Shown piece after piece: positions 52,845-60,259 of a stretch of DNA of 62,246 nt. Location of the stretch: positions 1-62,246 of the forward strand of contig JALXBP010000065.1 in assembly GCA_026991395.1 (NCBI GenBank), written 5' to 3'. This DNA is from Anaerolineae bacterium. Lineage in GTDB: Bacteria > Chloroflexota > Anaerolineae > B4-G1 > SLSP01. Positions within the stretch are counted from its first letter, which is position 1. Each line of letters starts with the position of its first letter. The position numbers and the translations under genes are program-made. The notes under the pieces were generated by a model, which made no database searches, was not told where the DNA came from, and saw only the letters and a list, made by a program, of their open reading frames with translations.

Positions 52845-53466
52845 TTATTCGCCTTCGACAACATCCCGCAGGACAACCAGCAATTCGTTAAGCACCATCG
52901 CCGTTGCCCCCCCATACGCACAGACCATCGACGGCAAAACAGTTCACTGGCTTATTCCACCGAGGCGGGAGCCACTGTCGCCAGGATACCTGCGCCAGAC
53001 GCGAAAGAGGCACAATCAAAAGGCGTTCGACCTCCTCGGCATTGGGCCGCCACTGCGGCGGCGAAGGAAGCCAGCCCACGATTGGATAAAGATGCAATCG
53101 GCTGGGCGGGATGTAGAGATCGCTGAGGTGTCCCAGCACTTCGACGGCATTGGCCTCCAGCCCTACCTCTTCCCGCGCTTCCCGAAGCGCGGCGGCCACC
53201 TCATCACGATCCCCTTCTTCAACCAAGCCGCCGGGAAAACCGGCCTCACCACCATGGCGCGACATCGTCGCGGGCCGCACGAGGAGCAGTGTCGTTAAAG
53301 CTCCATCCCGCAGAAAGAGCGGGACGAGAACGGCGGCTGGACGATAATGTTGCCGATCAGGGGGCCACAAGGGCCGACCAGGTGGTAACAGCGGGCGATG
53401 AGCGGTAATCCCCGGCAGGGGATGCTGCAAACGCCAGCGCAAGCGCTCAACGATCGCGGTTGACAT
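52845..53466 (-). pseudogene. CoA pyrophosphatase-type Nudix hydrolase (NudL-like) with a +1 frameshift in a G7 run near the 3' end
   Basis: AAVLVPL, H.GEAGFPGG, AALREAREEVGL. As written it ends VWGGNGDGA* at 52888; removing one G from 52907-52913 gives VWGATAMVLNELLVVLRDVVEGE* ending at 52845. Confidence 0.8.
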
Positions 53467-53475
53467 TTCGACGTT

Positions 53476-53504
53476 ATTATAGTCGAGGACAAGTCGAGGT
53501 GCAA
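53476..53504 (-). promoter_or_regulatory. sigma70 promoter for the Nudix gene (near-leaderless)
   Basis: TTGCAC-N17-TATAAT, with the -10 ending 9 nt before ATG 53466; no SD. Confidence 0.65.
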
Positions 53505-53603
53505 TGGGAAAAAAGTGGGAAATTTCCTAAAACCGGCCCGCGGGGTTGTGGGAGCGGTAACACCTCTCAGGTTCAAATGTAAAGGATCGTCGTCATCTTA
53601 GAG

Positions 53604-53816
53604 CCGTGGATTGTGTGGAGAACCGGCGCGACCCCCTATGTTTAGGGTTGGTCGAATTCGCACTGTAGCTATGTAGGTTTTGGGGGGCTTGGGGCATTGT
53701 GGAATAGCGTGTGCAGGGTATGGAAGAATGGATGCTCGCCGTCGGGGGCACCCCGGCGACGTCATCTTTTCCACAAAAGCCCTCTTTTCTCCCCAGAAAT
53801 CCCCGACTTTTCCACA
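53604..53816. promoter_or_regulatory. Cluster of DnaA-box-like 9-mers
   Basis: TTTTCCACA at 53767 and 53808 (exact TTWTNCACA); TGTGGAGAA 53614 and TGTGGAATA 53698 (1 mismatch); weaker TGTGCAGGG 53710 and TATGGAAGA 53719. Confidence 0.5.
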
Positions 53817-53828
53817 GAGGGGGCGGAG

Positions 53829-53864
53829 AAAACAGAAAGCCCCCGCATCGCACGACACGGGGGC
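53829..53864 (-). terminator. Intrinsic terminator after the SAM synthetase gene
   Basis: GCCCCCG...CGGGGGC stem followed by TTTCTGTTTT on the minus strand. Confidence 0.6.
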
Positions 53865-53880
53865 CGGAGCGGAAAAACGT

Positions 53881-55071
53881 TCAGAAAACGGGCAGCTCCA
53901 TCTTCAGAATACGCTCGCGCAGTGTGTGGATGTTGGCCAATTGAGCATCGAGTACCTCTGTCACAGCCGCCCGGATGGCCGGTGTGAGGGTCCCGTCGCG
54001 GGGCGTAACCTGCGCCGTAGCCACCAGCGGTTCATCCAAGGGATGGCCGATCTGAGAGAGGAGATAGACCGTCGCCCCGCGCACTTGCGGCACGGCCTCG
54101 ATGATGGCCCTGGCCGCTTCCATCGCCAGCAGGTTGTAGAGCTTGCCCACGTGGGAGACGGGGTTCTTCCCTGCCGCTGCTTCCAGGCTGGTCGCCCTGA
54201 AGGGCGCGATGACGCCATTGGCGCGGTTGCCGCGGCCCACGGCTCCGTCGTCGCCCTGCTCGGCGGAGGTGCCGGTCAGCGTGAGGTAAACGGCGTCGGC
54301 GGCAACGTCATCGGCGGTATTGACGAAGACGGTAACCTGTCGGCTCGTCAATTGGGCGGCGAAATCCTGGATGGCCTGCCGGGCCGCTCCCTTGGCCTCG
54401 ACGTACTCGGTCGCATCCTTGATCCGCGGGCCGATGAAGGGCAAGGCGACGGTCAGTACGATCTCGTTTCCCTGTCGTGCGCCCATCACCTTCACATCCT
54501 CCCCGATGGGCAGCTCGTTGATCAGCGTGTAGTTGATGTACTGGGCCGTCTCGTATACCGTCAGTTCCAGATCGGAGCGCGGCCAGTGGCTCACGCCGAA
54601 GCTGGTATCATTGGCTGTGATGTGATCGACGGTGTACGCCAGTTCCTCCGCGCCCCTGCCGGCGAAAGAGTCGATGACCATATGCTTGTCGGGGTCCAGG
54701 TAGCGCATCGTGTCCCGGATGTGCGCTTTGGCCGCTTCGATGGCGATGGCATCCATCGGGATCTTGCGCCCCTTGTAGACCGGCGTCCCGCGCCCGGCGA
54801 TTTGGATGCGGATGGGCGTGATCATCTCCCCGTGCCCGTAGCCGACCTCCGTCTCGCCCGCGACGAGCTGGACCTTGTCGAAATTGTGGTGCAGGAGCAC
54901 ACCGAGATTCTCCATACACCAGCGACTGTACTCGACCGAAATTCGCTCGGCGATGCCGTCGCAGAGGCTGTCGGGATGGCCTATGCCCTTGCGCTCGACG
55001 ATCTCGACGGGAATGTCGTCGATATACTGCCCGGTCGCTTCCGTAACGATGATATTGCGCTTTTTACTCAT
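53881..55071 (-). CDS. mat: S-adenosylmethionine synthetase, archaeal type
   Basis: EIVERKGIGHPDSLCD, LHHNFDK, ANDTSFGV, GEDVKVMG, LTLTGTSAEQGDDGAVGRGNR, AAGKNPVSHVGKLYN. Confidence 0.93.
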   Translation of the reverse strand: MSKKRNIIVTEATGQYIDDIPVEIVERKGIGHPDSLCDGIAERISVEYSRWCMENLGVLLHHNFDKVQLVAGETEVGYGHGEMITPIRIQIAGRGTPVYKGRKIPMDAIAIEAAKAHIRDTMRYLDPDKHMVIDSFAGRGAEELAYTVDHITANDTSFGVSHWPRSDLELTVYETAQYINYTLINELPIGEDVKVMGARQGNEIVLTVALPFIGPRIKDATEYVEAKGAARQAIQDFAAQLTSRQVTVFVNTADDVAADAVYLTLTGTSAEQGDDGAVGRGNRANGVIAPFRATSLEAAAGKNPVSHVGKLYNLLAMEAARAIIEAVPQVRGATVYLLSQIGHPLDEPLVATAQVTPRDGTLTPAIRAAVTEVLDAQLANIHTLRERILKMELPVF

Positions 55072-55121
55072 AGGAAGACCTCCTTGGGTGATGTTTTCCC
55101 ATCGGCTCTCCGCGCGGAGGT

Positions 55122-55157
55122 AAAAGGAAAGCCCCCTTCTGGAGAGAAGAGGGCTTT
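55122..55157 (-). terminator. Riboswitch-controlled terminator in the mat leader
   Basis: AAAGCCCTCTTCT-ctcc-AGAAGGGGGCTTT followed by CCTTTT. Confidence 0.75.
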
Positions 55158-55176
55158 ATGCCATAGGCAATGGCCG

Positions 55177-55283
55177 CTCATCTTCCAGAACGCCAGCGTT
55201 CTGCCGGAATTGGCACCTGGACCACCGAAGCGGTCTGGTTGCCGAGGCTTCACAGGGCCGGTCCCTCTGCCTCTCTGGATGAG
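55177..55283 (-). ncRNA. SAM-I (S-box) riboswitch
   Basis: CTCATCCAGAG...GAGGGACCGGCCCTGTGAAGCCTCGGCAACC...GGTGCCAATTCCGGCAG...CTGGAAGATGAG; P1 CTCATC/GATGAG; directly upstream of mat. Confidence 0.95.
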
Positions 55284-55311
55284 CCTTGGGGATTGTTAAT
55301 CGATCGCGGTC

Positions 55312-55339
55312 ATAGTACCCTCTCCCGTCGATCTGTCAA
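55312..55339 (-). promoter_or_regulatory. sigma70 promoter for the riboswitch-mat transcript
   Basis: TTGACA-N16-TACTAT. Confidence 0.6.
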
Positions 55340-55368
55340 GGGCGATTGGCTGCCGTGCATCGAGCCTC

Positions 55369-57588
55369 TCAGGTCCGGCCAATGCGCTTCATCCGGCGGC
55401 GCAGCCAGGAGACGGAGGAAGGTTCGTGTTTGCGCACGAGGAGCACCGAGCAGGGGGCCTTGTCGGCGATGCGGTCGGGAATGGAGCCGAAGAGCATCTC
55501 TTTGAGGAACCACTCCTCCGACGCGCCGATGATGATCAGATCATACCCCTCTTCCGCTGCCGCAAGGATGCCCGCGGCGATCTCGTCGTGACGGATGATG
55601 CGTAGCTCGACGGCCTCGGCGTCTGCGCCCAGCCGGTCCTCGACGATTTGGCGAAGCACCTCTCGTTCCGTCTCCGCATCGCTCTTCGCGGAGGGCGGGA
55701 GGATGCGCAGCGCCGTCATCGTCCCGCCGACGACACGCGCGATCTCCCGGCCCAGCCTCAGCGCCTGCCGTGAGTGCGGCCCCCCGCCGACCGGCACCAG
55801 GATGCGGCCAAGCTGCCCCGTATCCCGGCTGCGGAGGACGGCAACATCGCAGCGGGCATTTTGGAGCACACTGTTGACGATGTGCCCCTTCTCCGGACGG
55901 GTCGCGAACTGTCCCTGCCAGCCGAGGAGGATGAGACCGACACCGCTCCGCTCTTCCGCCACGGCCACGATGCCCGCGGCGACGCTGCGGGCGGCTTGCA
56001 GCAGCTTGCGCACCGGCACCCCCTGGCGGTAGGCGTAGTCCGCCGCGCGATCGAGCAACTCCCGATGGCCGTTTCCCCGCAGATCGAGCAACTCCTGCGC
56101 CACGCTGAGGGGGGTGGCCGCAGGGACGGGGACGATGGAGAGCAGGACCAGCGTCGCCTCCTCCCGCGCCTTGCCGATGATGGCGGCCATCTGCACCAGC
56201 CGCTCGGCGGTGATCGGATTGGCGAGCGGGACGAGGATTTCGTGGCGGGCCGCTTCGACCGTCTGCACGGCCACCTCGATGGCGCGGTGGACCGGCCTCT
56301 GCAGCTTGTACACGATCAGCCCGACGGCGATCATCCCCAGCCCGACCAGCAAGGCGTGCCATTCCGTGAAGACCTCCACGACGATGATGCCCAGACAGCC
56401 TAAGATGGGCATCACCGGATACCAGGGGGTGCGGAAGGCCCGCGGCACATCGGGGAACTTGCGCCGCAGGAGGATGAGCGAGACGTTGGTGAAGAAGACG
56501 ACGAACATGTAGCCGAAGTTGGAAACGTAGCTGAGGAAAACCTCGTCGCCGGAAAGCGCGGCCAAGGCGATGATGAGGCCGCTGAGGACGATGGCCGGTA
56601 CCGGCGTCTTCAGCCGCGGATGGATGCGGGCGAGGATGGCCGGAAGGTAGCCGTCCCGGCTTAGCGCCAGCGCCACCCGCGCCGAGCTGAGCATCGCTGT
56701 GTTCAGCGAGGTGATCGTGGCGACCAGACCGGCCAGCCCCATCATCTGTGCTCCCCATGGGCCGAGGAAACGTGCCGCCGCGTCGGAAAGCGGCGTCGAG
56801 GAGCTGCCGAGCTGCGACGCAGGGATGACGCCAAGCGCGACGAAGGCCACCGCACAGTACACCAGCGCACAGATGAAGATCGTCCCCAAAATGGCCAGGG
56901 GGATGTTGCGCCCCGGCGACTTGGCCTCTTCCGCCGTCGTGGCGATGACCTCGTAACCGACGAAGAGGACGTTGACGAGCGTGATCGCCTGGAAGATGCG
57001 CGCCATATTCTCCACCCAGCTTTCGTAGATGAAGAAGCCCCCTGCGCTGTAGAAGGTGCTCCAGCGGAAGCCGTTGGGCGCGATCAGCCCGCCGATGACG
57101 AAGAGCGCCAGCGAGCCGAGCAGAATGGCCGCGAGGATGACCTGTGTCCGTCCGGCCTCCTCGCTGCCGCGCAGGCTGATGAAGGCGAAGAGGAGCACCA
57201 TGCCTACCGCCGTGAGGGAAACGGGAAGGCCGGGGACGAAGACCTGCAGCGAATAGGCCGCGCCGACCGCCGAAAGGGCCGCGTAGAACATACTGCTGAA
57301 CCAGCTCACCCAGCCGACGCTGAACGGCAGCATCCCTGCCGTTGCCTTGCTGATGTAGGCATAACCGCCCCCTGCGACCGGAAAGCTGGAAGCCAGCTCC
57401 GCATAGGAAAGGGAGTTGGGGAGCGACTGCAGACCGGCGAGGAGAAAGACGAGGATCACGGCGGGGCCGACGAGGCCGGCGGCGTGGCCGGTGAGGACGA
57501 AGACGCCGGCACCCATCGTGCCGCCAATGCCTAACATCAGGATTTGGGAGAGGCCCAGCGTCCGGACGAGTTGCCGTTTGCCCATCAC
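55369..57588 (-). CDS. APC-family amino acid permease fused to tandem universal-stress-protein domains
   Basis: GIGGTMGAGVF, SYAELASSFPVAGGGY, FVGYE...AEE.K.PGRNIP, about 12 TMs; C-terminal ILVPLANP...SVLQNARCDVAVL and ILVPVGGGPHS...GSIPDRIADKAPCSVLLVR. Confidence 0.9.
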   Translation of the reverse strand: MMGKRQLVRTLGLSQILMLGIGGTMGAGVFVLTGHAAGLVGPAVILVFLLAGLQSLPNSLSYAELASSFPVAGGGYAYISKATAGMLPFSVGWVSWFSSMFYAALSAVGAAYSLQVFVPGLPVSLTAVGMVLLFAFISLRGSEEAGRTQVILAAILLGSLALFVIGGLIAPNGFRWSTFYSAGGFFIYESWVENMARIFQAITLVNVLFVGYEVIATTAEEAKSPGRNIPLAILGTIFICALVYCAVAFVALGVIPASQLGSSSTPLSDAAARFLGPWGAQMMGLAGLVATITSLNTAMLSSARVALALSRDGYLPAILARIHPRLKTPVPAIVLSGLIIALAALSGDEVFLSYVSNFGYMFVVFFTNVSLILLRRKFPDVPRAFRTPWYPVMPILGCLGIIVVEVFTEWHALLVGLGMIAVGLIVYKLQRPVHRAIEVAVQTVEAARHEILVPLANPITAERLVQMAAIIGKAREEATLVLLSIVPVPAATPLSVAQELLDLRGNGHRELLDRAADYAYRQGVPVRKLLQAARSVAAGIVAVAEERSGVGLILLGWQGQFATRPEKGHIVNSVLQNARCDVAVLRSRDTGQLGRILVPVGGGPHSRQALRLGREIARVVGGTMTALRILPPSAKSDAETEREVLRQIVEDRLGADAEAVELRIIRHDEIAAGILAAAEEGYDLIIIGASEEWFLKEMLFGSIPDRIADKAPCSVLLVRKHEPSSVSWLRRRMKRIGRT

Positions 57589-57651
57589 GAACCTCCTTGG
57601 TGGTGAGAGCGATCAATAGGGCACGGGCATAGCGGGAGACCAGACGGCCCG

Positions 57652-57680
57652 ATGATAGCACAGCCTGGCGTCGCCGACAA
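57652..57680 (-). promoter_or_regulatory. sigma70-type promoter for the permease
   Basis: TTGTCG-N17-TATCAT with extended -10 TGn. Confidence 0.5.
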
Positions 57681-57732
57681 GTGATCGGACGTGGGGCGGA
57701 CGTAGCGCCGCTTTCCTCTCTGCAAAGGACGA

Positions 57733-57772
57733 TTTGAGCCTTTTTTGACGCTCCGTTAATCACGCTTTAATC
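57733..57772 (+). repeat. Four 11-bp-phased hexamers upstream of hsp20
   Basis: TTTGAG 57733, TTTGAC 57744, GTTAAT 57755, TTTAAT 57766. Confidence 0.5.
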
Positions 57773-57833
57773 GCTGCGGGATAAAGAAGAAAACGGAAAG
57801 CATCCCCGAAACGGGAAAAGGAGGAGGTGTGAG

Positions 57834-58277
57834 ATGTCCATTTTGCGACGTGAACCTGGACGCGAGATGGTTTCGCTGCGTGATGCGATGAATCGGCTGC
57901 TCGAAGAAAGCTTTGTCCGACCCTTTTCGGCCTTTGGCTTCGAAGCGCCGGTGATGCCCTTGATCGACGTGAAGGAGAAGGACGATGCCATTATCGTCAA
58001 AGCGAGCATGGCCGGCGTGAAGCCCGATGATGTCGAGATCACGCTGGAAGGCAACGTCCTGACCATCAAGGGCGAGGTGAAGGAGGAGAGCGAGGAGGAA
58101 GAAGAGGGCAAGTACATCTACCGCGAACATCGCTATGGCTCCTTCGTGCGCTCCTTCACACTGCCGACCGAAGTCAATGCGGACAAGGCGAAAGCCGAAT
58201 TCAAGGACGGCGTGCTGTACCTCACGCTGCCGAAGAAGGAGGCCGCCAAGCGGCGACTGATCAAGATCAAGAAGTAA
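57834..58277 (+). CDS. Hsp20/alpha-crystallin small heat shock protein 1
   Basis: PLIDVKE, AGVKPDDVEI, LTIKGE, EHRYGSFVRSFTLP, AEFKDGVLYLTLPK. Confidence 0.95.
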   Translation: MSILRREPGREMVSLRDAMNRLLEESFVRPFSAFGFEAPVMPLIDVKEKDDAIIVKASMAGVKPDDVEITLEGNVLTIKGEVKEESEEEEEGKYIYREHRYGSFVRSFTLPTEVNADKAKAEFKDGVLYLTLPKKEAAKRRLIKIKK

Positions 58278-58300
58278 GATCGCGTAGAAGGAGGTGAACG

Positions 58301-58750
58301 ATGGCACTCTTGCGCTGGGATCCGATGAGCGATTTCGTCTCGTTGCGCGACGCGATGAATCGTCTCTTGGAGGAGAGCCTGCTTCCGACCTGGGCAGCGG
58401 GCCGGCGTGCGGAAGAGACGCCGCAGTACCTCCGCCTGCCGCTGGATGTTTACACAACCGATAACGACATCGTTGTCGTTGCGCCTGTGCCCGGTGTCGA
58501 TCCGGATGATGTCGAGATCACGCTGGAAGGGGACACGCTGACGATCAAAGGTGAGATCAAGCCGCCGCTGGAGAATGTCAACTACCTGATGCAGGAGCGT
58601 GCTTACGGCCCCTTCATGCGCACCTTGCTGCTCAACATCCCCGTGGACACCGAGAAGGCGGAGGCGAAGTTCGAAAACGGCCTGCTGACGCTGACGCTGC
58701 CCAAGGCCGAGGAGATCAAGCCGAAGGTCATCAAGGTGAAGCGGGCGTAG
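58301..58750 (+). CDS. Hsp20/alpha-crystallin small heat shock protein 2
   Basis: PLDVY, PGVDPDDVEI, ERAYGPFMRTL, AKFENGLLTLTLPK. Confidence 0.95.
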   Translation: MALLRWDPMSDFVSLRDAMNRLLEESLLPTWAAGRRAEETPQYLRLPLDVYTTDNDIVVVAPVPGVDPDDVEITLEGDTLTIKGEIKPPLENVNYLMQERAYGPFMRTLLLNIPVDTEKAEAKFENGLLTLTLPKAEEIKPKVIKVKRA

Positions 58751-58772
58751 CTCCTCCCTTGCTCTTCACATC

Positions 58773-58808
58773 AGGCCCTGTCCGCAGGACGGGGCCTTCT
58801 TCGTTTCC
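58773..58808 (+). terminator. Intrinsic terminator after the hsp20 pair
   Basis: AGGCCCTGTCC-GCA-GGACGGGGCCT followed by TCTTCGTTTC. Confidence 0.6.
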
Positions 58809-58825
58809 TCGAGCCGCCGGTCGCT

Positions 58826-59455
58826 TCAGGGAAGCCGGAGCGACTCGACCACCGCACGAAGCGCCGAAAGCGGGAGCGCCCCGCGCTGGACGAGGCGCGG
58901 CGGCGACGTCGTGGCATCCACGACGGTCGAGCGGAGGCCATGCGTTGTCGGCCCGTCGTCGAGAATGAGGGCGACCTCATCGCCCACATTGCGGGCGGCA
59001 TCCTCGGCGTTGGTGGCCGACGGTTCCCCCGAATGAGCCGCCCTCCAGACGACGAGCCAGCCGCCCGCCGCCCGCAGGAAGTCGCGCAGCCCCTCGTGGG
59101 CCGGCTGTCTGACGGCGATGACCTGCCCCCAACGGCGCATCACCGCCGAGGGCGGCAGGAGGAGCGTCAGCGCGCCGGGCCAGAACCGCCGCATCAGACG
59201 GCGGGCGTCAGGAGCGATACGCGCGACTGCGTCCGCCATCGAAGTCTCGGCGATGAGCAGGGGGAGCATCCGCCAGGGCGGGCCGCTGTCTCGAGGATGA
59301 AAACGCTGCATCAGCAACGCCGCGCCCTTGCCCGGACGGGCGGCGATGCCGTACACGGTGTCGGTCGGCAAAACGACGAGCCGACCGGCATCGAGGTGGG
59401 CCAGCGCTTCGCGGCGGGCCTCCGCCTGGCCGAAGGGACGCCGCGGGGCGCTCAT
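58826..59455 (-). CDS. Short TsaC/YrdC-like protein with degenerate active-site motifs
   Basis: VLPTDTVYGI, RRFWPGALTLLL, IAVRQP, RSTVVD; no KxR or SAN motif; ATG 59455 overlaps the HAD stop. Confidence 0.8.
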   Translation of the reverse strand: MSAPRRPFGQAEARREALAHLDAGRLVVLPTDTVYGIAARPGKGAALLMQRFHPRDSGPPWRMLPLLIAETSMADAVARIAPDARRLMRRFWPGALTLLLPPSAVMRRWGQVIAVRQPAHEGLRDFLRAAGGWLVVWRAAHSGEPSATNAEDAARNVGDEVALILDDGPTTHGLRSTVVDATTSPPRLVQRGALPLSALRAVVESLRLP

Positions 59456-60258
59456 CGGCCCGCCTCGGATAGGGCACGGCGGATGGCGACGGCTGCGCCC
59501 TCTTCCCAAAGCGGCGGCGCGACGAAATCGGCTGCCGCTTTCAGGGCGGGGACGGCGTTCCCCATCGCGACGCCGACGCCTGCCCAGACGATCATCGGCA
59601 GATCGTTTTCCTGGTCGCCGATGGCCATCACCGCCTCGCGGCGCACACCCAGCATCTCGGCGACGCGACGCAGCCCCTCGCCCTTGTTGACGCCCGGCGG
59701 GATGACCTCGACAAAGCGGGCGTGGGAGCGCACGACGGTCGCCCGGGTGCCGACGTGCGCTCGCAGGGCCTCGGCGATGGCCGGGATCCCCTCGGGCGAG
59801 GCGACGAAGAGCACCTTGTCCACCTGGTGGCGGGCGATGACGCTCTCCCACGAGGCGACGATCTGCCAATCTGAACCCAGGAGCGCGGTGTAGAAAGTCG
59901 GCGGATGGCGCTGCTCGCGCAGAAAGATGCGTCCGTCGGCGTAGAGGACGGCGTGCCAGCCGAGCTTGTCGGCGCTCCGGAGGAGGTCGCTGGCCACGGC
60001 GGCAGCTAACGTGGCGCGGAAACGGGGCGTGGCCTCGTCGGGGGCCTGGATCCATCCGCCCTGGTAGCAGATGAGCGGGGCGGTGATGGCCAGATCGCGG
60101 GCGGCGGGGAGCAGGGCGGTGAACATCCGTCCACTGGCCAGCGTTACGGTGATGCCCGCCGCCTGTGCCTCGGCAATGGCTTCGCGCACGGCGGGGGCAA
60201 TGCGCTGTTCTTCGTCCATCAGCGTGCCGTCGAGGTCGCAGGCGATGAGGCGGATCAT
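59452..60258 (-). CDS. Cof-type HAD hydrolase
   Basis: IACDLDGTLM, TLASGR, ICYQGG, GVNKG, AIGDQENDLPM, VAMGNA. Confidence 0.93.
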   Translation of the reverse strand: MIRLIACDLDGTLMDEEQRIAPAVREAIAEAQAAGITVTLASGRMFTALLPAARDLAITAPLICYQGGWIQAPDEATPRFRATLAAAVASDLLRSADKLGWHAVLYADGRIFLREQRHPPTFYTALLGSDWQIVASWESVIARHQVDKVLFVASPEGIPAIAEALRAHVGTRATVVRSHARFVEVIPPGVNKGEGLRRVAEMLGVRREAVMAIGDQENDLPMIVWAGVGVAMGNAVPALKAAADFVAPPLWEEGAAVAIRRALSEAGR

Positions 60259-60259
60259 C

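Noticed and set aside
53548-53563. cre/LacI-like TGGGAGCGGTAACA
   Set aside because: Single imperfect match, with no LacI-family gene or sugar operon adjacent.
53562-53576. Glycine-riboswitch-like CTCTCAGG
   Set aside because: No upstream GGAGA or CCGAAG elements, and wrong orientation for the flanking genes.
54147-54158. CCCACGTGGG palindrome as a second parS
   Set aside because: Only the CACGTG core matches; the flanks differ from the consensus and it lies within mat coding sequence.
57780-57836. ROSE or fourU RNA thermometer in the hsp20 leader
   Set aside because: The leader is purine-rich; the small TCCC/GGGA hairpin does not cover the SD, and no anti-SD U-rich tract is present.
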